Assembly (NCBI RefSeq): GCF_000018105.1
Contig: NC_009929.1
Location: 194,681 to 226,680 of the forward strand
Direction: 5' to 3'
Length of the DNA: 32,000 bases
Origin: Acaryochloris marina MBIC11017
GTDB taxonomy: Bacteria > Cyanobacteriota > Cyanobacteriia > Thermosynechococcales > Thermosynechococcaceae
The translations under genes were made by a program, and so were the position numbers. Under the pieces are notes generated by a model. That model had not been told where the DNA came from, made no database searches, and was given only the letters and a program-made list of their open reading frames with translations. Shown in pieces: positions 1 to 8,816 of the stretch (position 1 is the stretch's first letter; each line of letters starts with the position of its first letter).

Positions 1-615
1 TTTGTTTCTGTGTTACGTGCCTCTGAAATGGCACGTCTATCGCCCCTGGCCAAAGCAAGGGATCAGGTCGCTCAAGCGATCATGGCCTCAGGGATGGATT
101 ACAACATCTTTGCGCCCACTGGATTCTTTAATGATGCACAAGAGTTCTTAGTCGCAGCGAAACGGAAGGGTGTAATTCATCTGTTCGGAGATGGTTCTAG
201 TATTTATAATCCCTTGAGTGCGCTCGATTTTGGTGAAGAAGTGGCTAGGGTGATCAAGGAGCCATTGCTTAGAAATACAGTTAGACCAGTTGGAGGATGT
301 GAGAAATATAGCAATCGACAAATGGCCGAATTAGTTTTTGAAATTCTTGATCAAGAACCTAACATCAAATCAATCCCTACTTGGGTAATAGCCTTATGGG
401 CATTAGCTCTTCGTCCTTTTAACTACAATGCTTATGCGTTGGTCAAATTCTTCGAGTTCACTGCTCGTACCCCAGATATGACAGGCGAGGCGATTGGTCA
501 CAGACATGTTGGGGATTTTTTGAGAAATCTTGCCAAAGGCATGTCTTTGGTAGAGGCAGATAGGGCTTTGGGCTTATGGAATGAGTCGCGATTGCCTGTG
601 GATGCCAAGAGGTAA
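1..615 (+). CDS. NAD(P)H-binding atypical SDR (NmrA / divinyl-chlorophyllide-reductase-like), C-terminal part; the 5' end lies outside the window
   Basis: The frame is open from nt 1. The translation (IFAPTGFFND, LFGDGSS..NPLSALDFGEEVARV, RPVGGCEKYSNRQMAELVFE, KSIP) follows the C-terminal architecture of DVR/NmrA-type atypical SDRs. The Rossmann motif would be off-window. Confidence 0.6.
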   Translation, partial: FVSVLRASEMARLSPLAKARDQVAQAIMASGMDYNIFAPTGFFNDAQEFLVAAKRKGVIHLFGDGSSIYNPLSALDFGEEVARVIKEPLLRNTVRPVGGCEKYSNRQMAELVFEILDQEPNIKSIPTWVIALWALALRPFNYNAYALVKFFEFTARTPDMTGEAIGHRHVGDFLRNLAKGMSLVEADRALGLWNESRLPVDAKR

Positions 616-799
616 GGGCCATATCACTGTTAATCGATAAAACGGTTGGCCTAGTGTTCAATAACATCCGATTGGTGTAGAACGACGTTTCCCAATACCT
701 CCTTGGAAGACCCTCAGTTTAAGGTTGGAATTGGTGAAATCGAGCGTTTATGCAGCTGAATTTATCGAATGTCTTGCTGCTCTTTTTCGGAGTTTGTTC

Positions 800-1474
800 A
801 TGAGTACGATTTCTAATCAGCCTCACAACTCTGCACATGAAGTTGAACTATCCTCAACTGCTGAACAACCCCTTGGGCAATGGCTGTTGCCAGGTGGAGA
901 AGATCCCTCCCAATTCACATGGCAAGACGCTTGGCATCCCATTGCCTATGTGAAGGATTTAGATCCATCTCAATTGTCAACGTTCACGCTGTTAGAACAA
1001 GATTTGGTCATTTGGTGGGATCAATCGGCAGAAACTTGGAGGGTCTTTGCTGATCAATGCCCTCATCGGCTGGCTCCCCTATCTGAAGGTCGCCTTACTG
1101 CAGATGGTTTGCTGGAATGCCCGTATCACGGTTGGGCGTTCTCCGGTTTAGGTCAATGCTGTCGGATTCCTCAGCAGGTTGGTGGCCAATCAGTGGAGCA
1201 ATCCCGACGGGCTTGTGTTCAATCTTTGCCAACAACAGTGAGACAGGGGATGTTGTTTGTTTATCCGGGGCAATCCGAACGCGCAGCTCACATCCCCATC
1301 CCATTAGTGGCACCGTTAGAAGAAGCACCAAATAAATGGATTGTCTTGGATGGGGTGCGCGATCTACCTTTCGATGTGCTCACACTGTTGGAAAATGTCT
1401 TGGATCCGAGTCATTTACCCTTTGCTCATCACCGTTCCGTTGGCGATCGCAGTGTGGCTGGCCCCATGGACCTA
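800..1474 (+). pseudogene. Rieske [2Fe-2S] oxygenase of the pheophorbide-a-oxygenase (PAO)-like family, N-terminal fragment interrupted by IS630
   Basis: Rieske motifs CPHRLAPLSEG and CPYHGWAF are present. The likely ATG is at 800 (MSTISNQ). The reading frame leaves native sequence at codon CTA 1472-1474 and runs into the IS terminal repeat, stopping at 1504. Confidence 0.8.
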
Positions 1475-1540
1475 GTGCTCGACCACACTGAATTGGATAG
1501 GTAAGCTAGCAACAATCTAGCTGTTTTTAGCCAACTAATC

Positions 1541-1981
1541 ATGCCTGACAAATATATTGTGACGCTAACGCCTGAAGAACGCAGTGAGCTGATACAACTC
1601 ACCCGACGTAGAACCCTGTCAGCGCGAAAAATGAAACGAGCCCAGATTTTGATGTTGGCAGATGAGGGACACAAAGACGATACCATTACTCAAATGCTCA
1701 ATGCAGGCATCTCTACCGTGCATCGTACTCGCCAGAAATTTGTTGAAGGTGGTGTGGAATTTGCCCTCAATGAGCGTCCCAGACCAGGAGGGCAAAAGAA
1801 GCTCGATAGCAAAGCAGAGGCCTTGCTAATTGCGACAGCTTGTAGCGACCCACCAACCGGTTGTTGCCGGTGGACCATGCAGCTATTGGCAGAACGGCTG
1901 GTTGAACTTAAAGTCGTCGAAAGCCTATCGGATGAAACTGTGCGACGTACGCTCGAAAAAAACAGCTTAAGCCTTGGCTAA
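1541..1981 (+). CDS. IS630 transposase OrfA (helix-turn-helix / DNA-binding N-terminal part)
   Basis: The N-terminal sequence (YIVTLTPEERSELIQLTRRRT, ARKMKRAQILMLADEG) is the HTH pattern of IS630-family transposases. The frame ends 18 nt after an A7 run. Confidence 0.8.
   Translation: MPDKYIVTLTPEERSELIQLTRRRTLSARKMKRAQILMLADEGHKDDTITQMLNAGISTVHRTRQKFVEGGVEFALNERPRPGGQKKLDSKAEALLIATACSDPPTGCCRWTMQLLAERLVELKVVESLSDETVRRTLEKNSLSLG
1957..1963 (+). promoter_or_regulatory. Putative -1 frameshift (or transcriptional slippage) site A AAA AAC joining OrfA to the DDE frame
   Basis: In the OrfA zero frame the codons are GAA AAA AAC, giving the X XXY YYZ heptamer at 1957-1963. After a -1 slip the reading continues QLKPWLKEQWC..., reproducing the family-typical LKPW junction. 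Confidence 0.55.
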
Positions 1982-2658
1982 AAGAGCAGTGGTGTTTTTC
2001 TACTGTAGGCGCAGACTTTGTTTGGCGGATGGAGAACGTTCTAGATTGGTATGCCCAACCCTACGATCCTGATGAGCCTGTTGTTTGTTTTGATGAACGG
2101 CCTTGCCAACTGATTGGCGAAACCCGGGTGCCCCGTCCACCGAAGCCCGGTCGTCCTCAACGCTACGACCATGAATATGAGCGGAAGGGCACTTGTAATA
2201 TATTTGGCTTTTTTCAACCGCTCAAAAGTTGGCGACATTTGAAGGTGACTGAGCATCGCAAAAGCGAAGATTTTGCACTTTGCATGCAATATCTAGTGGA
2301 TGGTCTGTTTCCCCAGGCTGACAAGCTACATGTTGTTTTGGACAATCTCAATACCCATTCTCCCGCAGCACTTTACAAAACCTTCAATCCAGATGAAGCC
2401 TTGCGGATTCTCAAGCGTATTCAGTTTCACTACACCCCAAAACATGGCAGTTGGCTCAATATGATTGAGTTTGAGTTCTCTGCCCTTTCGAGGCAATGCT
2501 TAAATCGGCGGATTCCTGATATTGAACAACTCCGGTACGAGGTCACTGCATGGGAAAAAAGGCGGAACCATGATAAGGCAACGGTTAATTGGTTGTTTAC
2601 GGTGGATGATGCACGAACTAAACTCAGCCGACTCTATCCCCAAACTATCCTGTCATAA
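1963..2658 (+). CDS. IS630 transposase DDE catalytic part (downstream frame; first ATG at 2029, but the frame is open from the slippery site)
   Basis: DDE-region motifs VVCFDE, VVLDNLNTH and YTPKHGSWLNMIEFEFS are present, together with the KPW...WC junction sequence typical of IS630/Tc1-mariner transposases. Confidence 0.8.
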   Translation, partial: QLKPWLKEQWCFSTVGADFVWRMENVLDWYAQPYDPDEPVVCFDERPCQLIGETRVPRPPKPGRPQRYDHEYERKGTCNIFGFFQPLKSWRHLKVTEHRKSEDFALCMQYLVDGLFPQADKLHVVLDNLNTHSPAALYKTFNPDEALRILKRIQFHYTPKHGSWLNMIEFEFSALSRQCLNRRIPDIEQLRYEVTAWEKRRNHDKATVNWLFTVDDARTKLSRLYPQTILS

Positions 2659-2677
2659 TCACTGTGGCGAAGCACTA

Positions 2678-3448
2678 GAGATTAACCACGCGGATAGACA
2701 GGGATTTCAAGGAATTTGGAAAACGGCTGTTGGTCCTAAAAAAGGCCAATTCGGAACTCAATTGACTACCTTCATCGCCCCCAATCTGATGTGGCATGAT
2801 TTGACCACTCAGGAAAAGAATCGTACTCTGACCGTTGCCTACTGCACACCTATTCGCAAGGGAGAATGCCGCCTGTTTGCTCGCTTCCCCTTTCAATTCG
2901 CCTCTCCTTTGCCAGCGGGGTTGATGCGCTACACCCCCAGTTGGGTCTTTCACTTGCTGCAAAATTCTATTCTAGAAGATGACCAAATTTTCTTGTACCT
3001 TCAGGAGCGTCATCTCACCCAGCAGAAGCAGGGGATACCGATTGCGCAATCCTACTATATGCCAACCCGAGCGGATCGGTTTGTAGTGGCATTACACCAG
3101 TGGCTGCAACGCTACACTGCGGATCCCTTCCCCAATAAGCCGTTGCCCCCAGCGATAGGGCGAGAACAGGTGATCGAACGCTATCACTCTCATACTGTTC
3201 ACTGTGCTAGTTGTCGGACTACGCTGAGCCGAATCAAGAGAGGACGACAAGGGATGGTTATGGGGGCACTTGTGGCTTGGATAACGGTGCAACTTTATCT
3301 CTTAGATTGGGGAGGAACCGCCAAGTTAGCCCGAGTTGCCAGCATTAGCTTCATCGTTTGCACCATCATCTGGCTCAGTTTAGGGTGGCTTGAGCGCAAG
3401 TTTTACGAGGGCCGCTCCATCCCACTTCGCAATGTCTCAGAGAAATAG
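2678..3448 (+). pseudogene. PAO-like Rieske oxygenase, C-terminal fragment (PaO domain plus C-terminal membrane anchor)
   Basis: This fragment is in the same frame as the N-fragment. Removing 1475-2677 restores ...GPMDL|EINHADRQGFQG... The C-terminal hydrophobic stretches (VMGALVAWITVQLYLL, ISFIVCTIIWLSLGWL) are as in PAO/Tic55-like proteins. Confidence 0.75.
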
Positions 3449-3452
3449 GACT

Positions 3453-3478
3453 TTTCACCAAAAGTCTTTTGGGTGAAA
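3453..3478 (+). terminator. Stem-loop just after the Rieske gene stop (possible intrinsic terminator, no clear U-tract)
   Basis: TTTCACCAAA-AGTC-TTTGGGTGAAA forms an 11-bp stem with one bulged G and starts 5 nt after the stop at 3448. Confidence 0.3.
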
Positions 3479-3569
3479 TACCGAAGATTCAACTGTGCGG
3501 TGATCAAAAAACTGATTAGTAGGAATGAGATAGACGCATAACTTTGCTCAACATCGAAGAGGACGCAAT

Positions 3570-4259
3570 ATGTACAATCGATTGCTGGCTTGGGGGATGG
3601 CGAGAGCCAATACCGTTCCCGAAGAAAACATCAAGCTAAATGAATGTCAGCAGTTTGCAACCATGGCTCAACTAAAACACTGGCTGTTTGCTGATCTCCA
3701 CGGTACTGTTTTAGAACTGGGTCCAGGGGCAGGGATTAATTTGTCCTACTATCCTCCAGACATTAATTGGATTGGAATTGAACTGAATCCATTTCTGCAT
3801 CCGTATATTAGGCAAGAGGCTGACCGCCAGGGATTGTCATCGATTAACGTGTTTAAGGGAACTGCTGAGCAATTGCCCGTAGCTGACAATAGTATTGATA
3901 CTGTCGTGAGTACCTATGTTTTGTGTTCAGTCACACAACTTGAGGAATGCCTATCTGAAATTCAACGTGTTCTGAAACCTGGCGGTCTGTTTGTCTTTCT
4001 AGAACATGTTGCAGCGAAACCGATGACTTTGGAGCGTAGAATCCAAGAAGCTGTTAAACCTTTATGGAAAACCCTTTTGCATAATTGTCATCCAAATCGT
4101 GAGACCTGGAAAACTTTAGAAAAGGCTGGTTTTGAATGGGTGCATTATCAGCACTTTCGGCTGTCGTTACCCGTGGTTAGCCCCCAAATTGTGGGAAAGG
4201 CCAGAAAATCGTTAGAAACTACTCTCCCAAAGGCATTAGCGCTAACTTCTGGCAATTAA
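3570..4259 (+). CDS. Class I SAM-dependent methyltransferase (Methyltransf_11-like)
   Basis: Motif I is VLELGPGAGINL. The post-I acidic residue, DTVVSTYVLCSV and LKPGGLFVFLEH are also present. Confidence 0.8.
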   Translation: MYNRLLAWGMARANTVPEENIKLNECQQFATMAQLKHWLFADLHGTVLELGPGAGINLSYYPPDINWIGIELNPFLHPYIRQEADRQGLSSINVFKGTAEQLPVADNSIDTVVSTYVLCSVTQLEECLSEIQRVLKPGGLFVFLEHVAAKPMTLERRIQEAVKPLWKTLLHNCHPNRETWKTLEKAGFEWVHYQHFRLSLPVVSPQIVGKARKSLETTLPKALALTSGN

Positions 4260-4426
4260 TTCTTGTAGACTTCGGAGCACAATAGCTGTACAGGATCATC
4301 TCAACGAGTTTGATAGTCTAAGATTCAGGTTCGAGTGGCTCAATCAGATAATCCTCAACGTTATGCTAGAGAGGAGCCGAGACCTAGCATTCGCAACGTC
4401 TTCCACTTGAATATAGCGTTTTCAGA

Positions 4427-5236
4427 TTGGATCAAGGATTAGTTGGATTGTTACCTAAAATGTTTCGTTTAAATACTGCTGAGCAGGTTCTCATAGAGAA
4501 TCATCAGTTTTCACTAATGGTTATAGATCAGGCTTCTCTGCGGATCTTGAACTGGAACATTGCTAAGAATAACCATCGTCATGAATGGCTGCAAGATTTT
4601 TCTAAACTTGTGGAATGGTATCCCCCAGATCTAATCTTCTTGCAGGAATTCCGATTCGATTCCACCCTCAAAAAGCCGTTTTACTGTGATGCGATGAGTT
4701 GGCAATTCGCCCCAAATATGAGCAACCCATATACTGATCAACATTTTGGAGTTCTGACTGCTTCAAAAGTTAAACATCAGTCTGGGAAGTCATTTTTAAC
4801 TCAAGCTTGCGAGCCTTTTCTCAACACCCCCAAAGTATCCCTCATTACGGAATATTCTTTAGCTGGCTCAAAACAGACTTTATTGGCCGTGAATATTCAT
4901 GGGATCAATTTTGTCAGTACTCGAAAATTTCAATCACAATTGCAACAACTGGAAGCACAACTGACGATTCATCCAGGACCAATCATTCTATCAGGGGATT
5001 TCAATACTTGGAACGAATATCGGATGAAGGTTCTACAGACAATGGTCCGTCGACTCGATTTAAGACAAGTGACATTTTCTTCTGCCCACTACAAAAATTT
5101 GAAACAATTTTTTGACTATCCTTTGGACCATATTTTCTATCGTGGCTTCACACAATGTCTAGGGAGTGAAATAGTGTTGGGAGAATTATCTTCTTCAGAT
5201 CACAGCCCCCTGGTCGTCGAATTGATGCTTCACTAA
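4427..5236 (+). CDS. Endonuclease/exonuclease/phosphatase (EEP) family protein; more likely start is ATG 4460
   Basis: EEP signature blocks are LNWNIAKNN, DLIFLQEF, VNIHG, SGDFNTW and SSDHSPLVVEL. The TTG at 4427 is the tool start, and ATG 4460 (MFRLN) is in frame. Confidence 0.8.
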   Translation: MDQGLVGLLPKMFRLNTAEQVLIENHQFSLMVIDQASLRILNWNIAKNNHRHEWLQDFSKLVEWYPPDLIFLQEFRFDSTLKKPFYCDAMSWQFAPNMSNPYTDQHFGVLTASKVKHQSGKSFLTQACEPFLNTPKVSLITEYSLAGSKQTLLAVNIHGINFVSTRKFQSQLQQLEAQLTIHPGPIILSGDFNTWNEYRMKVLQTMVRRLDLRQVTFSSAHYKNLKQFFDYPLDHIFYRGFTQCLGSEIVLGELSSSDHSPLVVELMLH

Positions 5237-5267
5237 TCGCTATAATTGGCCGATAATTTCCCTACTA

Positions 5268-6740
5268 ATGACCTTCATCGCCATAGAGCACCCCAATCAT
5301 TTTCTCTCTGCTCACGGTATGACGGTCCCTAGTGTACTGTTGCTATTGGTTTACGCCTTAGGTGTATTGAACGCAGCTCATGCAGTCATGAATGTGCGAT
5401 CTTCACAAAGTGCGATCGCATGGAGTTTGTCTCTCATTACCTTCCCAGGGATTGCTCTACCCCTATATTGGATCTTGGGACGAGTAGAATTCCACGGATA
5501 TACCCAGGCTTATCATCAAGCTTACGCTCAAAATCACGATCTTGCCCATAACACCTATTTAGAAATCCTGTCCTATAAGGCAGTTCTTCCTACACAACTT
5601 GCCTCCCTTCAGAGGGTAGCAGGAGCATTAACTGAATTTCCGTTTACCCATAGTAATTCGGTTCAGTTGCTGATTAATGCAGAGCAAACTTACTCAGCGA
5701 TGCAAGAAGCGATCTTAAATTCTAAGGAATATATTCTGCTCCAATCGTACATTCTCAATGATGATCACGTCGGGGACATTTTTCAAAAAATCTTGATGCA
5801 AAAGGCTCAAGAGGGGATTCGTATTTATATCCTGTATGACGAAATTGGCTCTAAAAACTTGTCAAAAAACTACATCAACGTCCTGCAGAAAGGAGGAATT
5901 CAAGTCTCAGCTTTTAATAGTGCTCAAGGATGGGGGAATCAATTTCAACTCAACTTCCGCAATCATCGAAAGATCCTGGTAGTGGACGGTCAAGTTGCTT
6001 TTGTGGGTGGCATTAACATTGGGGATGAGTATTTGGGACAAAATGCTCATGTTGGTCTTTGGCGGGATACTCATCTGAAGGTGAAAGGTCCAGCAGTCCA
6101 GTGTTTACAACTTCCCTTTCTCAAAGATTGGTTTTGGGCCGTTAGGGAAATTCCTGAAGCATGCTGGGAAGTTCACCCTGACCGAGGAAAGAACCAAACG
6201 GTGTTCATTTTTTCACCCGGTCCTACCGATCCTCAAAATGATTGCACCCTCTTTTTTGGCAGTATCATCAACCTCGCCCAACATCGCTTGTGGATCGCAA
6301 GCCCCTATTTTGTTCCAGATGACCCCGTACTCACGTCATTAAAAATGGCTGCCTTGAGAGGGGTGGATGTACGTATTCTCTTACCTGATCGACCAGACCA
6401 TTGGCTTGTGTATCTTTGTTCTTATTCTTACTACACCGAAATGGATGCTACAGGCATTAAACTGTATCGCTATAACCATGGATTTATGCATCAAAAGGTG
6501 ATGTTGGTGGATGGTTGCCTCGCAGGAGTGGGAACAGTCAATCTAGACAATCGGTCTTTTCATCTCAATTTTGAGGTCATGACCTTTGTTAGCGATGTTG
6601 AGTTCGCTCGCAACGTTGAACAGATGTTATGTGATGATTTTGAGCATTCGATGGAGATTAATCTGTCTGAATATGAGCTAAAACCTAACTGGTTCAAGCT
6701 GATTGTCAGAGTGTCACGATTGTTGGCCCCCTTGCAATAG
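5268..6740 (+). CDS. cls: Cardiolipin synthase-like phospholipase D family protein (two HKD motifs, N-terminal TM helices)
   Basis: The HKD motifs are HRKILVVDGQVAFVGGINIGDEY and HQKVMLVDGCLAGVGTVNLDNRS. The N-terminus has two hydrophobic helices as in ClsA-type enzymes. Confidence 0.85.
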   Translation: MTFIAIEHPNHFLSAHGMTVPSVLLLLVYALGVLNAAHAVMNVRSSQSAIAWSLSLITFPGIALPLYWILGRVEFHGYTQAYHQAYAQNHDLAHNTYLEILSYKAVLPTQLASLQRVAGALTEFPFTHSNSVQLLINAEQTYSAMQEAILNSKEYILLQSYILNDDHVGDIFQKILMQKAQEGIRIYILYDEIGSKNLSKNYINVLQKGGIQVSAFNSAQGWGNQFQLNFRNHRKILVVDGQVAFVGGINIGDEYLGQNAHVGLWRDTHLKVKGPAVQCLQLPFLKDWFWAVREIPEACWEVHPDRGKNQTVFIFSPGPTDPQNDCTLFFGSIINLAQHRLWIASPYFVPDDPVLTSLKMAALRGVDVRILLPDRPDHWLVYLCSYSYYTEMDATGIKLYRYNHGFMHQKVMLVDGCLAGVGTVNLDNRSFHLNFEVMTFVSDVEFARNVEQMLCDDFEHSMEINLSEYELKPNWFKLIVRVSRLLAPLQ

Positions 6741-6988
6741 CCGATGTTTTATCCACTCCCTATGTAAAGGTACGAATCCATTCCTTGGTCTTTCCAAAAA
6801 AAAGATGGATTTCAACGTCCACAAGTGATTCTTGATGGGAATTTAATGAGAGAGTAGTCCTGTTAATAGCAGCGGGATTAAAAATAGCAGCACACAAACC
6901 CATAGGAGAGTAGCTGGATCAACATTAAGGGTGATGGGTGGCTTCGGTTGATTTTTCATTGTTCATTGTCCTTCTGAAATTCATCAGC

Positions 6989-8068
6989 TTAAGTGACTGC
7001 AGCGATCGTTGTGGGCATAGGGGGCTTGATATGATCCCCAGATCTAGCCCGGTATAGATCTGCCAATCGTTGTTCATGATTGGCTAGATCATGTTCCACT
7101 TCTTCTAAAATTGATACGGTTTGAGGGTCAGTCAGTTGATTACATAAGTGATGAACATCAATCACCCCAGTTTGAATATCGCCAAGGGCACGCCGTAAAA
7201 TCGATGTATCATTACTCGATTGCAGCCAACTTTGCAGAGCGGCATAAGCTTCACTACCCACGGCCCGCCAAGTGGCCCGTTCTCCAAACACATCATAAAG
7301 GTGAGCTTCTAGCCGCTCCACATGATAGTGCTTAGTTGAACTAATACCCTGTAAGAACAATCGCAAATCTTGATGGGAAACGCGATGACTATACTGCCTA
7401 AAAGCTTCTAGGGTATACCGTTCCCCGACAATGGTTGTATTGAGGGCTTTAACAATCTCCTGTTTACTAGAGCCACCCCAGGCTTCCCCTAACTTCCACC
7501 AATTAAAGGTGGAGTCAGTAAACTCTGGCAGCCTAGTTCCTTTAATCGTCAAGTTTAGACACTTGAGTAGCATGGTGGTGAACATTGGCAGATCGCTAGG
7601 TTGTCTGGCTGTGATCAGATTTCCGTCAACGACAACAGGTTCATTGACGTATATTGCACCAGCATTTAGGAGATCTTTATGAATCGATCGAGCACTCGTT
7701 GTATGCTTATCGCGAAGTCGGTCTGCTTCGATCAGTATCTGAGGACCATAGCCCACAGCCGCTACCCAGATACCCTGGTCTATTGATTGAGAAACCAACC
7801 GGACCATATTAGGGTTGGCACGAATGTGGCCCCCAGGAATAACGATGGCATCAAAATCCCCAGCCCTCACCTCAGTTGACGTAGCAATCGGTTTGACTGT
7901 AACCGAACCCTGTTTGTCTTGGTACCCCTCATTCATGCGGGAACCGATAACCGAGACAGTACCCCCTGCTTTTCGCAATGCAGTACTTGGAACTTGATAT
8001 GCAGAGCCTTCAAACTGGTTCTCCAGTAAAATAGCAATTCGTTTTCTCGGCGTTGGATGTTGTGACAT
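6989..8068 (-). CDS. DJ-1/PfpI-like domain (nucleophile Cys-His replaced by Gly-Tyr) fused to a C-terminal ferritin-like / DUF2383-like helical domain
   Basis: The N-terminal ~175 aa follow the PfpI pattern (RIAILLENQFEG, DAIVIPGG, VVVDGNLITARQPSDLPMF). The elbow reads AAVGYGP instead of AAICHGP. The C-terminal ~180 aa (VKALNTTIVGERYTLEAFRQYS...LANHEQRLADLYR) resemble PA2169-type four-helix bundles. Confidence 0.65.
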   Translation of the reverse strand: MSQHPTPRKRIAILLENQFEGSAYQVPSTALRKAGGTVSVIGSRMNEGYQDKQGSVTVKPIATSTEVRAGDFDAIVIPGGHIRANPNMVRLVSQSIDQGIWVAAVGYGPQILIEADRLRDKHTTSARSIHKDLLNAGAIYVNEPVVVDGNLITARQPSDLPMFTTMLLKCLNLTIKGTRLPEFTDSTFNWWKLGEAWGGSSKQEIVKALNTTIVGERYTLEAFRQYSHRVSHQDLRLFLQGISSTKHYHVERLEAHLYDVFGERATWRAVGSEAYAALQSWLQSSNDTSILRRALGDIQTGVIDVHHLCNQLTDPQTVSILEEVEHDLANHEQRLADLYRARSGDHIKPPMPTTIAAVT

Positions 8069-8098
8069 GAGAGTAACCTCTGATTCGCCATTTGATAA

Positions 8099-8449
8099 CT
8101 AACTCAAACGCAAGATCGTCTGAGTACCGTTGTGATCCACAATATCTATTGCAACTACTTGTCCAGAGATATCTTTGGCAACCCATACGGCCTTGGGCGC
8201 ATTGACTGTATGTGCATAGTTCACCTGATCACCTCCAATCGCAATCATCAAATCGTTCCCCTTCGCGGGTGGATCGTAAGTGATGGACGCTAAGGGTGAC
8301 TGTTGAACGAGATTTTCATCTCCAATGTCTTCGTCAGTCACTTCAATTGCAAGGGAACATCCCTTATAATTCTTTGTAAGGTGATCAAAAAAAGCTAACC
8401 ACTGCTCTTGAGGGATTTGCTGGGTTTCTTGAATCGTTTGTTCAGTCAT
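8099..8449 (-). CDS. DUF5335-like small protein
   Basis: The pattern W.AFFD......G....IEV......GD......PL..ITYDP......I.IG.......H.V..P..VWV......G....I.IVD..G..TIL is as remembered for DUF5335. It lies 30 nt upstream of, and co-directional with, the DJ-1-like gene. Confidence 0.55.
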   Translation of the reverse strand: MTEQTIQETQQIPQEQWLAFFDHLTKNYKGCSLAIEVTDEDIGDENLVQQSPLASITYDPPAKGNDLMIAIGGDQVNYAHTVNAPKAVWVAKDISGQVVAIDIVDHNGTQTILRLS

Positions 8450-8816
8450 AAACCGCTCCCTAGGAGTCTAAAGCTCCCCACCATCAAGAACTACCTTTCA
8501 ACTTAGAAAATAAAATTGAGAAATTTGTGAAGGCATTGCCAGAGACCAAACGCTGCCCGGTATGTGTTCACAGATATTTCAATGCTGGGACTATATCCTT
8601 GCCCCAATCCCATAAGCCATTCATTGAACAAGGGGGCTCTGAATATTACTAGTGAAATCCCCTTGAAAGCATTAGCAGTAACCCCAAAAGTGCTTACCTC
8701 ATAAGTTCTTCAATATTTGTCTTTACTGTTCCAGGTGTCTGGCTCATCTGAAGAACATTTGAGGGGACTCGATAACTGCAGATTACTTAACCGCCGGAAA
8801 TGGCTTATCTTCTCTA

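Larger units (their letters stand above)
1473..2677 (+). mobile_element. IS630-family insertion sequence (about 1.2 kb) with TA target duplication and imperfect ~27-30 bp terminal inverted repeats
   Basis: The left end is CTAGTGCTCGACCACACTGAATTGGATAGG (1472-1501). The reverse complement of the right end is CTAGTGCTTCGCCACAGTGATTATGACAGG (2649-2678). About 19/27 internal positions match, and TA sits at 1473-1474 and 2676-2677. The element encodes HTH plus DDE transposase frames typical of IS630/Tc1. Confidence 0.85.

Noticed and set aside
458-667. A 69-aa minus-strand ORF overlapping the 3' end of the SDR gene.
   Set aside because: It is antisense to a well-supported frame and has no motifs.
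4807-5115. A 102-aa ORF in another frame inside the EEP gene. Similar embedded ORFs occur in the DJ-1, acyltransferase, integrase, orphan and lipoprotein genes (e.g. 7111-7335, 9601-10086, 19723-19983, 20792-21232, 24361-24564).
   Set aside because: All are nested in better-supported genes and lack recognisable motifs.
6770-6815. An imperfect inverted repeat (GAATCCAT...ATGGATTT) around an A8 run between the convergent cls and DJ-1-like genes, considered as a possible bidirectional terminator.
   Set aside because: The stem is only 7-8 bp with a ~22-nt loop, which is too weak to call.
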